Positions 12,197-21,652 of a stretch of DNA of 64,000 bases are shown piece by piece. The notes beneath the pieces were generated by a model. It did no database searches. It saw only the letters and a list, made by a program, of their open reading frames with translations, and had not been told where the DNA came from. The stretch lies in the IMG/VR virus record IMGVR_UViG_3300037781_000042, positions 96,001 through 160,000 of that record; one strand, 5' to 3'. Numbering within the stretch: the stretch's first letter is position 1; each line of letters starts with the position of its first letter. The position numbers and the translations under genes were made by a program. Source of the DNA: a virus (Duplodnaviria; Caudoviricetes).

Positions 12197-12934
12197 TCAC
12201 TTAGCCCTCCTTAGTTTGATTAGACCGCGTTCAACAGCTTCTCGCATACTGAAAAATTGTATTGATAATCTTGTCAAAGGGAACCAATCCCAAAACTCTA
12301 ATACATAGCTATATTCATACTTCTTCATAGCTTCATATAACTCCATTTCCTCCAATCCTTCTAACTCTTTAACAACCGTGTCATAAGTTAGTTTGCTTGT
12401 CTGCTGCTCTGCTCTTTCGAGTGCTTTGCAAAGGTCGGTGAAGGTGTAGTTGATTTCGGATTTGTGAATATCGCTCTTTGTGCCACTCATACCGAAATAA
12501 GGATAAATGTTTTCGACAAAAAGTTCTGTTGTTTCTTCTTTATCAATAGAAATATCTCTAGCAAACTCTAGGTCATTGATATTGGTGTTCCACTTAAACC
12601 CCTCTTTAATCCAAATAGTCTCCGCTCCTACTTTGTCTTCAGTTTCCCAAATCTTTATCTTGAAGTTCGGATTATCAAAAGTTCTTTCGGTTATAATCTT
12701 AGGTTTGGTTAGGTTGTCGAGATGCTTAGTAAGATGATTAAATACGTATTGAGAATAAATCAAAGCGTTTTTTCTATCTTGATTCATCTTTGATATTAAT
12801 TGGTCTGCTTCTGAATAGGGGAGGTAATAAGGTATTTCTCCACACCTGTCATTCCAAAGCACCATTCCCATATCCTCATCATATTTAATCTTAATTTCCC
12901 AATCTTCCCCTTTGTAGTGTTTTAGTCTGCTCAT
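12197..12934 (-). CDS. Hypothetical protein, family A (higher-GC copy)
   Basis: GEDWEIKIKYDEDMGMVLW ... FKIKIWE..VGAETIWIKEGF ... EINYTFTDLCKALE. Confidence 0.7.
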   Translation of the reverse strand: MSRLKHYKGEDWEIKIKYDEDMGMVLWNDRCGEIPYYLPYSEADQLISKMNQDRKNALIYSQYVFNHLTKHLDNLTKPKIITERTFDNPNFKIKIWETEDKVGAETIWIKEGFKWNTNINDLEFARDISIDKEETTELFVENIYPYFGMSGTKSDIHKSEINYTFTDLCKALERAEQQTSKLTYDTVVKELEGLEEMELYEAMKKYEYSYVLEFWDWFPLTRLSIQFFSMREAVERGLIKLRRAK

Positions 12935-13089
12935 TTCAAAACCTCATATTTTTGTTTAACTTCTTGCTCGGATAATATAGAGTAATCTTTATAACTATGT
13001 CTTGCTAACATCATCTTTAATTCTTTTGTGAAGTTCCCTTCCCATTTAAAAGCTTCAATTTGTGGGGTGTTTTTCCTAATTAGTTTCAT
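12931..13089 (-). CDS. Small protein (52 aa), shortened paralog of 17533..17784; not in the ORF track
   Basis: Hand translation MKLIRKNTPQIEAFKWEG...LSEQEVKQKYEVLK, compared with MKVIKKKPEEFHAYQWNG...LTEEDFNKYYKK. Confidence 0.5.
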   Translation of the reverse strand: MKLIRKNTPQIEAFKWEGNFTKELKMMLARHSYKDYSILSEQEVKQKYEVLK

Positions 13090-13300
13090 TTTTCATTGTC
13101 ATTAGTTTTCATATACATTCCATAAATTAGTGACCAAAATATAAAAAACGTTAAAGTAATACCACCTATTTTCCATATATTTTCCCATACTGTAAAATCA
13201 AATGTTAAATGGATAAATGAAAAAATCAAGTAGACAATAATAGTTATAGTTATTAAGCCAATTATCCAATTTTTGCTTTTGTGGTATTTTATATTCTTAC

Positions 13301-13639
13301 TCATTTTTCTAGTAACTTTAATTTATTAATAAGGTCTTTATGTTTCTTTCTTTCTAATTTAACAACATCCGCAGGTGCTTTTAAAATAAAAGATTCATTA
13401 TTTAATTTACTTTCTATTTTACTAATATAAGATTTTAATCTTTGTATTTCTTCTTTCTGTCTTTTTAACCATTCTTCTTTTACATCTTTCCCAACAGTCA
13501 TATAAATTACACAATCGCCATCTACTTTTAATAAAATATTTGACTCTAAATCAATATCATCTGTATAAATTATTTCACTTGCTCCAATAATATTTTTCAC
13601 CAAATTTTCATTCTGGTTTATAACTTTATCAAGTCTCAT
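13301..13639 (-). CDS. Stand-alone valyl-tRNA synthetase C-terminal coiled-coil (tRNA-binding arm) domain
   Basis: EWLKRQKEEIQRLKSYISKIESKLNNESFILKAPADVVKLERKK matches the ValRS C-terminal pattern E..RL.KE..KL...I.....KL.N..F..KAP..VV..E..K. Confidence 0.8.
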   Translation of the reverse strand: MRLDKVINQNENLVKNIIGASEIIYTDDIDLESNILLKVDGDCVIYMTVGKDVKEEWLKRQKEEIQRLKSYISKIESKLNNESFILKAPADVVKLERKKHKDLINKLKLLEK

Positions 13640-14054
13640 TATATTTCTCTAATAATAAATTTAATCTTTCTATTTCATCTTCTTCAGCCCTTCTTTTCAA
13701 ATATTCCATTTCCTCTATCTTTTCTTCTCTTTCTATTCTTAATTCGTCTTCTTTTATTCTTTTTAGAATATCCATCTTTTCTTGTTCTTTCTTTTTCCAA
13801 TCTTTAAAATCTGTATACAGATCATCTATACTAACGTTAAAATATTCTTTATTACCCTCTGAATCTACTGGATAATGATCGTACATAAAAGAAAGAATCG
13901 TTTCCTTTCCCTTCTTTTCTACTGTTAGTGGTGCTCCGTATTCCATTTTTTGAACTGCCCAATTGTCCGAATATTTTTCTTTAAGTACTTTAAAGAATTT
14001 ATCGTACATATAATCTAATACTTCTTCTAATTCTTCTTTTTTGAAATGTTTCAT
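13629..14054 (-). CDS. Hypothetical coiled-coil protein, paralog of 14301..14744
   Basis: Shared pattern YDK....LK.KY ... F.V...D....F....K ... LN.L..KY. Confidence 0.55.
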   Translation of the reverse strand: MKHFKKEELEEVLDYMYDKFFKVLKEKYSDNWAVQKMEYGAPLTVEKKGKETILSFMYDHYPVDSEGNKEYFNVSIDDLYTDFKDWKKKEQEKMDILKRIKEDELRIEREEKIEEMEYLKRRAEEDEIERLNLLLEKYNET

Positions 14055-14114
14055 TTTGATTTCACCGTAAGTTTTATTTGAAATGTTTCATTTTGATTTC
14101 ACCGTAAGTTTTAT
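14041..14114. repeat. Perfect 2 x 37 bp tandem duplication
   Basis: ttgaaatgtttcattttgatttcaccgtaagttttat at 14041-14077 and again at 14078-14114. Confidence 0.95.
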
Positions 14115-14300
14115 ACCATATCTTTTATCATTAGGTACCCTACCACAATACACACAATTAATAACCATATCACAGTAGCCAATTCTCCAAATGTTATTAC
14201 ACTAAATGCAACAGCATACGCAAAAATTACTGTCGCAACTGTTACTACTAGTGATAGTCCTAGTGCTTTCCAATTCATTTTTAATTCTCCTTTATTTATG

Positions 14301-14744
14301 TTAAACCTTATCATCTTCATCTAATAAATTAGCAAGTAAATTCGTTTCTTCGGTTTGAGGAATTCCATATTTTTTCATCAATTCATTTAATTGAACAATT
14401 TCAGATCTTTTTACAGCTTCTAAACGTTCTTTTTCTGCTTTTTCTTGAGCTTCTATTTTTCTTTTTTCTTCAAGCTCTTTTTCTTTTTGAAAATCTTCAG
14501 CTGTTTTTTCAAAATCTTCGACCGTAACTTGAAAGGTGTAGTATTCAGTATTTCCACAATAGTAGTCTTCGTGTTGGAATCCATACTGATAATGTTTGTC
14601 TGTAGTGTAATCCTTCCAAATCAATAAAAAATCATCATTTTTATCTATATGATCAGTAAATTTTGAACCATATTTTAATTTACATGCATTCCATACTTTA
14701 TCATACAATTCTTTGGCAATTTTGTCTATTTCTTTTGTGTCCAT
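14301..14744 (-). CDS. Hypothetical coiled-coil protein, paralog of 13629..14054
   Basis: KELYDKVWNACKLKY ... FQVTVEDF ... QLNELMKKY. Confidence 0.55.
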   Translation of the reverse strand: MDTKEIDKIAKELYDKVWNACKLKYGSKFTDHIDKNDDFLLIWKDYTTDKHYQYGFQHEDYYCGNTEYYTFQVTVEDFEKTAEDFQKEKELEEKRKIEAQEKAEKERLEAVKRSEIVQLNELMKKYGIPQTEETNLLANLLDEDDKV

Positions 14745-15346
14745 TTTTTTATCTCCTTTAAAGTATTCATTAACTTAAAAAATTCTTTTTCTTGTTTTTC
14801 AAAATCTTTTTCTATTTCAGTATATTGAATTGAATTTTCTTGTAAGAAATTTTCAATCCTAGAATCAATTTTCATAGAATCTTCTAGTGATTGATTTCTT
14901 CCTATTTCTGAATAAGTTTCAGGATTTCTTTTTACAAAGTAATTAATATTGTTTTTATTTTTAAAAGTTTCAACTAAAAACTTATCATGTAAATCGTGAA
15001 TTGTTTGTAAATATTTCTTTTCTGCTGGAAGAATATTTTCATTTTCTAATTGTCTATCTAATTCTATTTGAGAATAAATAGATCCTAAAAGAATAGGAGA
15101 ATCAGTAACTACATAATCATAATGCATTTCTGCTATTTCTTGATAATAAACCTGTTTAGCAGAAACATAATACTGTTTAGATAAAGCAGTAGAATTATTT
15201 TCAAATGTTTTCTTTTTAGCATATTCATTTACTAATTCAACATTAAATCCATCTAACTTCATTTTATAAAATAACCCTGCAGATGATGTCGATTTTCCTG
15301 CTCCAGGACCTGCAAAGAAATTAATTATTGTTGGTTTCATTTTCAT
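14726..15346 (-). CDS. P-loop nucleotide kinase-like ATPase (AAA_28/NadR-like)
   Basis: IINFFAGPGAGKST Walker A, ELVNEYAK, YDYVVTDSP and a GRNQ lid motif. Confidence 0.75.
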   Translation of the reverse strand: MKMKPTIINFFAGPGAGKSTSSAGLFYKMKLDGFNVELVNEYAKKKTFENNSTALSKQYYVSAKQVYYQEIAEMHYDYVVTDSPILLGSIYSQIELDRQLENENILPAEKKYLQTIHDLHDKFLVETFKNKNNINYFVKRNPETYSEIGRNQSLEDSMKIDSRIENFLQENSIQYTEIEKDFEKQEKEFFKLMNTLKEIKKWTQKK

Positions 15347-15356
15347 TTATATTATT

Positions 15357-15407
15357 AATGTTAATTAAATGTGATGTAATATAAGAAAAATTTTTTAAAT
15401 AAAAAAA
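15357..15407 (-). promoter_or_regulatory. Repeated early-promoter-like motif, copy 3
   Basis: Minus strand TTTTTTTATTTAAAAAATTTTTCTTATATTACATCACATTTAATTAACATT. Confidence 0.7.
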
Positions 15408-15414
15408 TTAATTT

Positions 15415-15455
15415 TAAAATAAAAACAACAAAAGGTATATGTTACTATACCTTTT
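15415..15455 (-). terminator. Intrinsic terminator upstream of promoter copy 3
   Basis: Perfect 10-bp stem aaaaggtata/tatacctttt (15430-15455) with a 6-nt loop, followed on the minus strand by TGTTGTTTTTATTTT. Confidence 0.65.
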
Positions 15456-15929
15456 ATGCTTTAAATTAAATCTGAATCATTTCTGTGATAACCTTAAGTT
15501 ATATAGCAATAGTTTTTAATTTATCGCCGCACATTTTTTGAAGAATTTCATGCGCGTCGTCCATTAAAAATCCATCATATTGTTTTCCTAATACTCTACC
15601 TTCTACTAATTGACTATAGATAATAGGTTCTGGTATTTCAACGTTAAATATTTTTGCTTGATATTTTAAAGATTCTGCTTTCTGTTTAGATGAACAAATA
15701 ATAGGATATTTTCTATCTGCTGATTGTAATACAAGTGCAGACGTTCTTCCAGATGCTCTATTTGTTAATATTGTCATTTTATTCTCCTTTTAATAAATTA
15801 ATTAATAATCTTTGCTTATTGTTTATAAGAAGTAGATTTTTTTCATAATCATTTTCTCCATAGTATTTTCTTCCATATTCAAGTCTTTCAATTCTTTTAT
15901 CTAACTCTTCTAATTCTTTAATATTTTTT

Positions 15930-16619
15930 TCATTTTAAACTATTCTCGTATTCTTGTAGTATGCTATAAAGAACCTCTATAGATGAATAATCTTCAATTA
16001 TTTCTAAAATCTTTATTTTATCTAAAATAAGTTTTTTTAAAACTTCTTCTTTTTTAGTACATGTTTTTTCTTCTATTTCTTCAAGTGCTTCACAAAGCTC
16101 TTTAAACGTATAATCAATTTCATTTGTCCAAATGGCGTCTTTTGAGAATTCCATTCCAAATGCAAATATACAGTCATCACTATAAATAGATGTAACTTCA
16201 TTAGAATTAATTACGATACTGAAATTGTTTTTATTATCATTTTCTGAATTATAATAAAAATCTTCTTTAATCCAAATAGTTTCTATTCCTACAGCATTTA
16301 GATTTTCCCAAACTCTAATATGAAAATTTTCATTGTGAAATACTTTTTCATTTTGAATAATAGAATCTAAAAAATTAACTAGATTTTTATAGGATCTTTT
16401 CGTCGTGGTTGTGCTATTCCAAATAGATTCTATTTGAATACGATTTATAGTAGAAATTAAACTTGAAGTCATTTCTGCGTAATAAGGACTTTCAGATACT
16501 TCGTCTATATAAGATTTTATTTTACCTTTCAATCGTCTATATAGTAAAAGATTGGTATCTTCATCAAATTTAATTTGGATTTCCCATCCATCTTTTTTAT
16601 AAGTTCTTATTTTATTCAT
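15930..16619 (-). CDS. Hypothetical protein, family A
   Basis: DGWEIQIKFDEDTNLLLY ... FHIRVWE..VGIETIWIKEDF ... EIDYTFKELCEALE. Confidence 0.7.
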   Translation of the reverse strand: MNKIRTYKKDGWEIQIKFDEDTNLLLYRRLKGKIKSYIDEVSESPYYAEMTSSLISTINRIQIESIWNSTTTTKRSYKNLVNFLDSIIQNEKVFHNENFHIRVWENLNAVGIETIWIKEDFYYNSENDNKNNFSIVINSNEVTSIYSDDCIFAFGMEFSKDAIWTNEIDYTFKELCEALEEIEEKTCTKKEEVLKKLILDKIKILEIIEDYSSIEVLYSILQEYENSLK

Positions 16620-16942
16620 TTTATTTTTTCTGATTGTTTATGTCTATTGCTAATTATAGCCTTCTTCCTAATAAATTCAGAATCACACTCTTCCAACCCC
16701 TCAAATAACAGAGCTAAATCGTCAAATGTTTCTCTATCCATTTTCATACTATCTTTAGAGTTTTTCCCACTATTTATCTTTACAATCTCATCTGTTTGTA
16801 CAATCATTGAAAACGGAAATATTCGTATACCTTTTGGTATATTACCTCTTCTGTTCCAATGTGCTGTTGATGTTTCTTCATCATACCAGAACTCCATTTG
16901 CCATTCGTATCCCGAAAAAATATTTTTTGTATTATTGCTCAA
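16616..16942 (-). CDS. Hypothetical protein, family A N-domain only
   Basis: GYEWQMEFWYDEETSTAHW. Confidence 0.5.
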   Translation of the reverse strand: MSNNTKNIFSGYEWQMEFWYDEETSTAHWNRRGNIPKGIRIFPFSMIVQTDEIVKINSGKNSKDSMKMDRETFDDLALLFEGLEECDSEFIRKKAIISNRHKQSEKIK

Positions 16943-17770
16943 GACATTTCCTCAAAGTTATCTTTATAATATTGTTCTGCAACTAACCATTGATCTTTAT
17001 GATTTTCGGGATTTCTTGCTATCATATCTCCTAATTTAGGACTTCCGTTTTTTAAATCTGCTTCTGAAATAGAAATTTGTACTGAAAGACTGTTGACATT
17101 ACCAGCTATAAAATCATATAAATTGAAATGATCAATATCATGAATTGTAACGGGTCTCATTTCTGCAACATTAGTTCTTCTATATTTTTTCCAACTCATT
17201 TTTCAAGCTCTTTTAATTTATTTAATTCTTCATTCATTTGATGTAAAATTTTTATTTGATTTCCATTCAATTTATTTTTTCTTTGTTTCAGTTCGTGTAA
17301 TAAATGAACAATAGTTTCACAAATATATTCATCTGTGTAATATGGACTAAAATCATATAAATTAACAGGTTCTATTTTCTCATAACTTGTAAAATTGTTC
17401 CATATCATTTTAAGAGTATTCATCAAGTGCATAGTGTCCATGTCTTTAGGAAATAAAAATTTTCCAGGATTTGTTCTCCATTTAAAATTTTCATTGATTG
17501 GATAATTATTTAAAACTATATCAGTGATCATTTTATTTTTTATAATATTTGTTAAAATCTTCTTCTGTTAATTTTTGACACATTTTATTTCTATCTATTA
17601 ATAAATATTCTCCTTTGTAAATATTTTGCCAATTTACAGAAACGTGGTAATCATCTTTATCAAAATAAACTACTATTCCAGTTTCTTCTCTAACCTTCTT
17701 TGCGTATTCACAATACTCTTCCCATGTACTTCCATTCCATTGATATGCATGAAATTCTTCTGGTTTTTTC

Positions 17771-18361
17771 TTAATTACTTTCATCTATTTCTTCTATTAA
17801 TTCTGGATTTTCAAAACAATTACCTATTACTTCGCAACCTAAATGCTTTAATAGTTCTTCTTCGTCTTTAAAATTATATTCATCTAAAAGATATTGTAAA
17901 TCTCCTTCAGGTCCTAACCACTTATCTATTGACATACCCCATTCATCTAATACTATTTCTCTATCATATTCTAATGCAACATAAAATAAAGAAAATTCTA
18001 GAGTTCCGAAATTATCAACTAATAATATTTCTTCATCTATAAAAGGTTCTAAATATCCTACGCCTCCTAAAGGACCTGGAAATTCTTCTCGGCGTCTATT
18101 GATATGTTTATATCTTATAAAGTCACCGTCATAAATTTTCTGTTGATTTTTATCTTTTAATCTTACATATTGCATGGTAATACATTCTACTTCTCCTGAA
18201 CCATCTTCGTATAATTTTGATTGTAGTTCATAGGATTTATTCCCTTCATCATCATCGTCTGGTGGAGTTACTAATACCCACAATCCATATCTTAAAACAG
18301 GTAACATTAATTTACGTTTAATATCCCATGCTCTAAATTCTAATTCTTTATTTTCTATCAT
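17771..18361 (-). CDS. YopX family protein
   Basis: LEFRAWD ... MQYVRLKDKNQQKIYDGD ... EVIGNCFENPEL, the hallmark YopX motifs. Confidence 0.9.
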   Translation of the reverse strand: MIENKELEFRAWDIKRKLMLPVLRYGLWVLVTPPDDDDEGNKSYELQSKLYEDGSGEVECITMQYVRLKDKNQQKIYDGDFIRYKHINRRREEFPGPLGGVGYLEPFIDEEILLVDNFGTLEFSLFYVALEYDREIVLDEWGMSIDKWLGPEGDLQYLLDEYNFKDEEELLKHLGCEVIGNCFENPELIEEIDESN

Positions 18362-18692
18362 AAATCAGTATTTCCTATAATTTTTCCAGTATCTCTAGTT
18401 TCAGCAGGTTCCTTAGGAAGTCTTTTAAATTCCCAACATTCAAAACCTTCATAAGTTCTTCTTTCTAACCACCAATCTTTTCCTACTACAAGCAAATCTC
18501 TAGAAATTTGAATAGGATAATATCGATCATCATATTCTTGATCTGCTAATTCTTTGAATTTTTCTATGTCTATTTTTACTTGAGGGGTTCCTATCCAAAC
18601 AACATCTTCTAAGGTCAATTTGTATTTATGTAGTGTGTCAACAGTTTCTTTTAAAAAATTTATCAATTTTATTTCTCCTTTAAAAATAAAAA

Positions 18693-18768
18693 TCCTACTT
18701 TATTAATTCAGAGACTCTACTAAAAATCTCTATCTTTGTATGGGGGTTTTCAATTTAATAAAGTAGGA
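18693..18768 (-). ncRNA. Candidate structured intergenic RNA element or large-loop terminator
   Basis: Perfect 14-bp inverted repeat tcctactttattaa (18693-18706) / ttaataaagtagga (18755-18768) enclosing 48 nt that contain a second hairpin; a U-tract follows on the minus strand. Confidence 0.45.
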
Positions 18769-18772
18769 CCAT

Positions 18773-19123
18773 TTAATTATTATCTAACATTGTTTCTATT
18801 GAAACTTTATTTTCTTCTTTTTGTAATTTTTTAATTTTTCTATTATTTTTAAACTTTACCCAAAAATAAAATTTAACATAATTTAAAAAATTAAATTTAA
18901 CATTTATTCCGTTAAGACTAACCATATCATAACCGGGATCTATGTGGTACATCTTTTCATTTTCCCAAAGAATTTTAAATTCTTTAAAAGTCATTTCACA
19001 GTATTTTCTTTTGATTACTCTTTTTCTATAACTAAGGAAATATAATAAAACTCCATCTATAATAAATGAAAATATTAACATTGCTAACAATGTTATTAAA
19101 ATTATTGTTATAACTGTTATCAT
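18773..19123 (-). CDS. Membrane-anchored family B protein, N-terminal half only
   Basis: TM helix, RKYCEMTFKEF and VKFNFLNYVKFYFW; lacks the C-terminal module. Confidence 0.6.
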   Translation of the reverse strand: MITVITIILITLLAMLIFSFIIDGVLLYFLSYRKRVIKRKYCEMTFKEFKILWENEKMYHIDPGYDMVSLNGINVKFNFLNYVKFYFWVKFKNNRKIKKLQKEENKVSIETMLDNN

Positions 19124-20776
19124 ATAAATTCCTTTTAATTAAAATATAAATTTCTTAAAATAAGTAATAACAAATCTTCCCCATAAATTTCATGTTCTTT
19201 TATTATTTCTTTTCCTTCAAAATCTTTTGATATATTTTCAATTAGAGTAAAGATATTTTCTCTTTCTTTTTCTAATTTTTCTTTATATAAAATCTTATGT
19301 AATATTTTTCTTTTAATAGAATTTTCTTTAGAAGTAATTGTTCTATTGTGTAATTTTAAAAATTGTTTGCAATGATGTTCAGCTAAAATATTTTCAATCG
19401 AAGACTCTAAATTATAAAAATATTCTCTGTTTATATCATAGATTTTCTGTATTTCATCTTCTCTAAATCTTACATATAAATCTAATTTTTCTTCAGACAT
19501 TCTTCTGGTATGATGCCACATTTTATTATCAAACAGTTTCTTTTTTGCCTTTCGAATTGCATAATGAGCAGAACCTTTAGAAAAATCTTCATATAAACCA
19601 ACCAAATTTCTAGCCATTACATTCCCTCAAATAATCATTGATAATTATTTCTTTTGCTAATTCTTCTTCAGAATAAAAAGAAAAGATATACTGATTTTTT
19701 TCATTGTAAATATGATTAGCTAAAGCATTTAGCTTTGTTTTTAATTTTACCATACGTTCATCTTGAATATTAAAAGTTTCAAGTTTTTTAGGTATTGCAT
19801 GAGGAACTATTTCGTTTAAAATACTTCTTTTTTCTTCTTTACTTGTAATATTAGACAATTGAATCAGTGTATCGGGAAAAGAATTATATAAAAAATTATC
19901 AAATAACTCTAATAACTCTAAAAAAGGTTTCTTGCTTTGAGAATTAATAAATATTTTAAAAGCTTTTTTCTTTTGTTCATTATATCTTTTATTGTAATTT
20001 AAATGTAATTGTTTTGTTTCTACTAAATTAGAAATAGAATATAAATTATATTTTTTATTCATTTCTGAATTAATGTAGAATTCGGAAAGAAGAACAAATT
20101 CTTTTTTATTTACATTGTATAATTTTGAATCTTTTAAACAATTTAAATTTTTACTTTTTACTACAGAAGCAGTTATTGTTTCTATTTCATGTTGGTGATA
20201 CTCAGATAATGAATTATCTGACTTTTTATACCCATATTCTTCTGTAAGACTATCTTGAAGATATTTAAGATATTCTTCATAAGTACTTTGAGAATGAGTG
20301 TTACAATTAGCCATTATATCATCCCTCAATACTAAACATTTTATTAACTATAATAGTAGGAAAGTTATTTTCATAAGAAATATCAATACCCAAGGCTTTT
20401 ATTTTGTTTTCCGAACGTTCAATAAAATTAAAAAGTTCAGAGAGAGGTTCTAAATTATCAAGAGTATTATATGTAGCATTTAAATAACTAATCATAGATG
20501 TTAGATGTCTTTCTTTGTTAATTCCATTTACTAAATTTAAATACATTTCAGGATATTTTTCTGAAAACAATTTATCTATAGAATCTTTTATTTCTACTAA
20601 AAGCTTAAAATCTTTTTCTTTTAATTTTTGATATTCCTTTTCTTGATTTTTTCTAGAATGTGAAGGATCACTTGTTCCCCATTCTAAATCATCTTCTTCA
20701 ACCCAAAGATGTTCGAAAATATCATCGAATAAATAGTCTTTGTCTGGAATAGATATTTTGCCTATTTGTAAATTTG

Positions 20777-21634
20777 TCATGTAAATACCTTAAAAAATAA
20801 ATCTTCTATTATTATTTCAGTTTCCTTATATTCTTTCCAAATGTTTTTTCTGATTTTTGATATAAGCTCTGAAATGAGTGCTTTTTCTTCTAAATTAAGT
20901 TCTTTTAAAATATCTTCAACGATTTCTTTTTTAGAAGAATCATTTTCATCAAGTAATTCAATGTATCTTTCTGGAAATTTCTTAAACACTATATTGTGCA
21001 AAATATCTTCTAATTTTGTTTTTATTTCAATATCAGAAAAAAGTAAATACATTAATTGTTCTTTTTCAGTAGCATAGAAAGAAAAAATTTCTCTAGGATT
21101 AATATCAATAGGTTTTCCTTCAATATCAAAAATTAAAGGAGAAGTATCTATAAATGGACGATGTGTATGTCTATGAACTTTATTAGTTATAAAATTTATA
21201 TGTTTTCTTTTATGTTCCTTTCCGACTATTCTTCTACCGTCAGTAATTTTAATTTCTTCAATTTCTTCAGTATTTAAAAATACTTCCATGGAAATAGTAA
21301 CATTAGAATAAAAAGAATTATTAATATCTTGTTCTACATTAGAAATTTTAGTTTCTATTTGAAATCCTTCTTCTTTATGAAAACATTTAGAACATAATTT
21401 ATAAAGTTCCTTTATTTTTTCATCTTTATCTGCACTAAAACAAGTAAATGTTGTAAAATAAATAATATCTAAAGAAGTTGATTCATCACTAAAATAAGGT
21501 GCACCTAGATCAAGAAACTTACTCATAAAACCTTTTAGCAAATTAACCACGTCATTAGGTTCTATGTTTACATTTAGTAAAGAGGATTTGCAGCATTCTT
21601 CTGAAGTTCCTATAAACTCTTCAAATGTTATCAT
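20777..21634 (-). CDS. Hypothetical protein with family B C-terminal module
   Basis: LEDILHNIVFKKFPERYIELL; neighbours 19610 (FLYNSFPDTLIQL) and 20319 (LFSEKYPEMYLNL) carry the same motif. Confidence 0.5.
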   Translation of the reverse strand: MITFEEFIGTSEECCKSSLLNVNIEPNDVVNLLKGFMSKFLDLGAPYFSDESTSLDIIYFTTFTCFSADKDEKIKELYKLCSKCFHKEEGFQIETKISNVEQDINNSFYSNVTISMEVFLNTEEIEEIKITDGRRIVGKEHKRKHINFITNKVHRHTHRPFIDTSPLIFDIEGKPIDINPREIFSFYATEKEQLMYLLFSDIEIKTKLEDILHNIVFKKFPERYIELLDENDSSKKEIVEDILKELNLEEKALISELISKIRKNIWKEYKETEIIIEDLFFKVFT

Positions 21635-21652
21635 AAGTGCACCTTTTAGATT

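Noticed and set aside
15499-15777. ATPase/terminase call from RASGRT
   Set aside because: A degenerate P-loop in a 92-aa ORF lacking the Walker A lysine; too weak to name.
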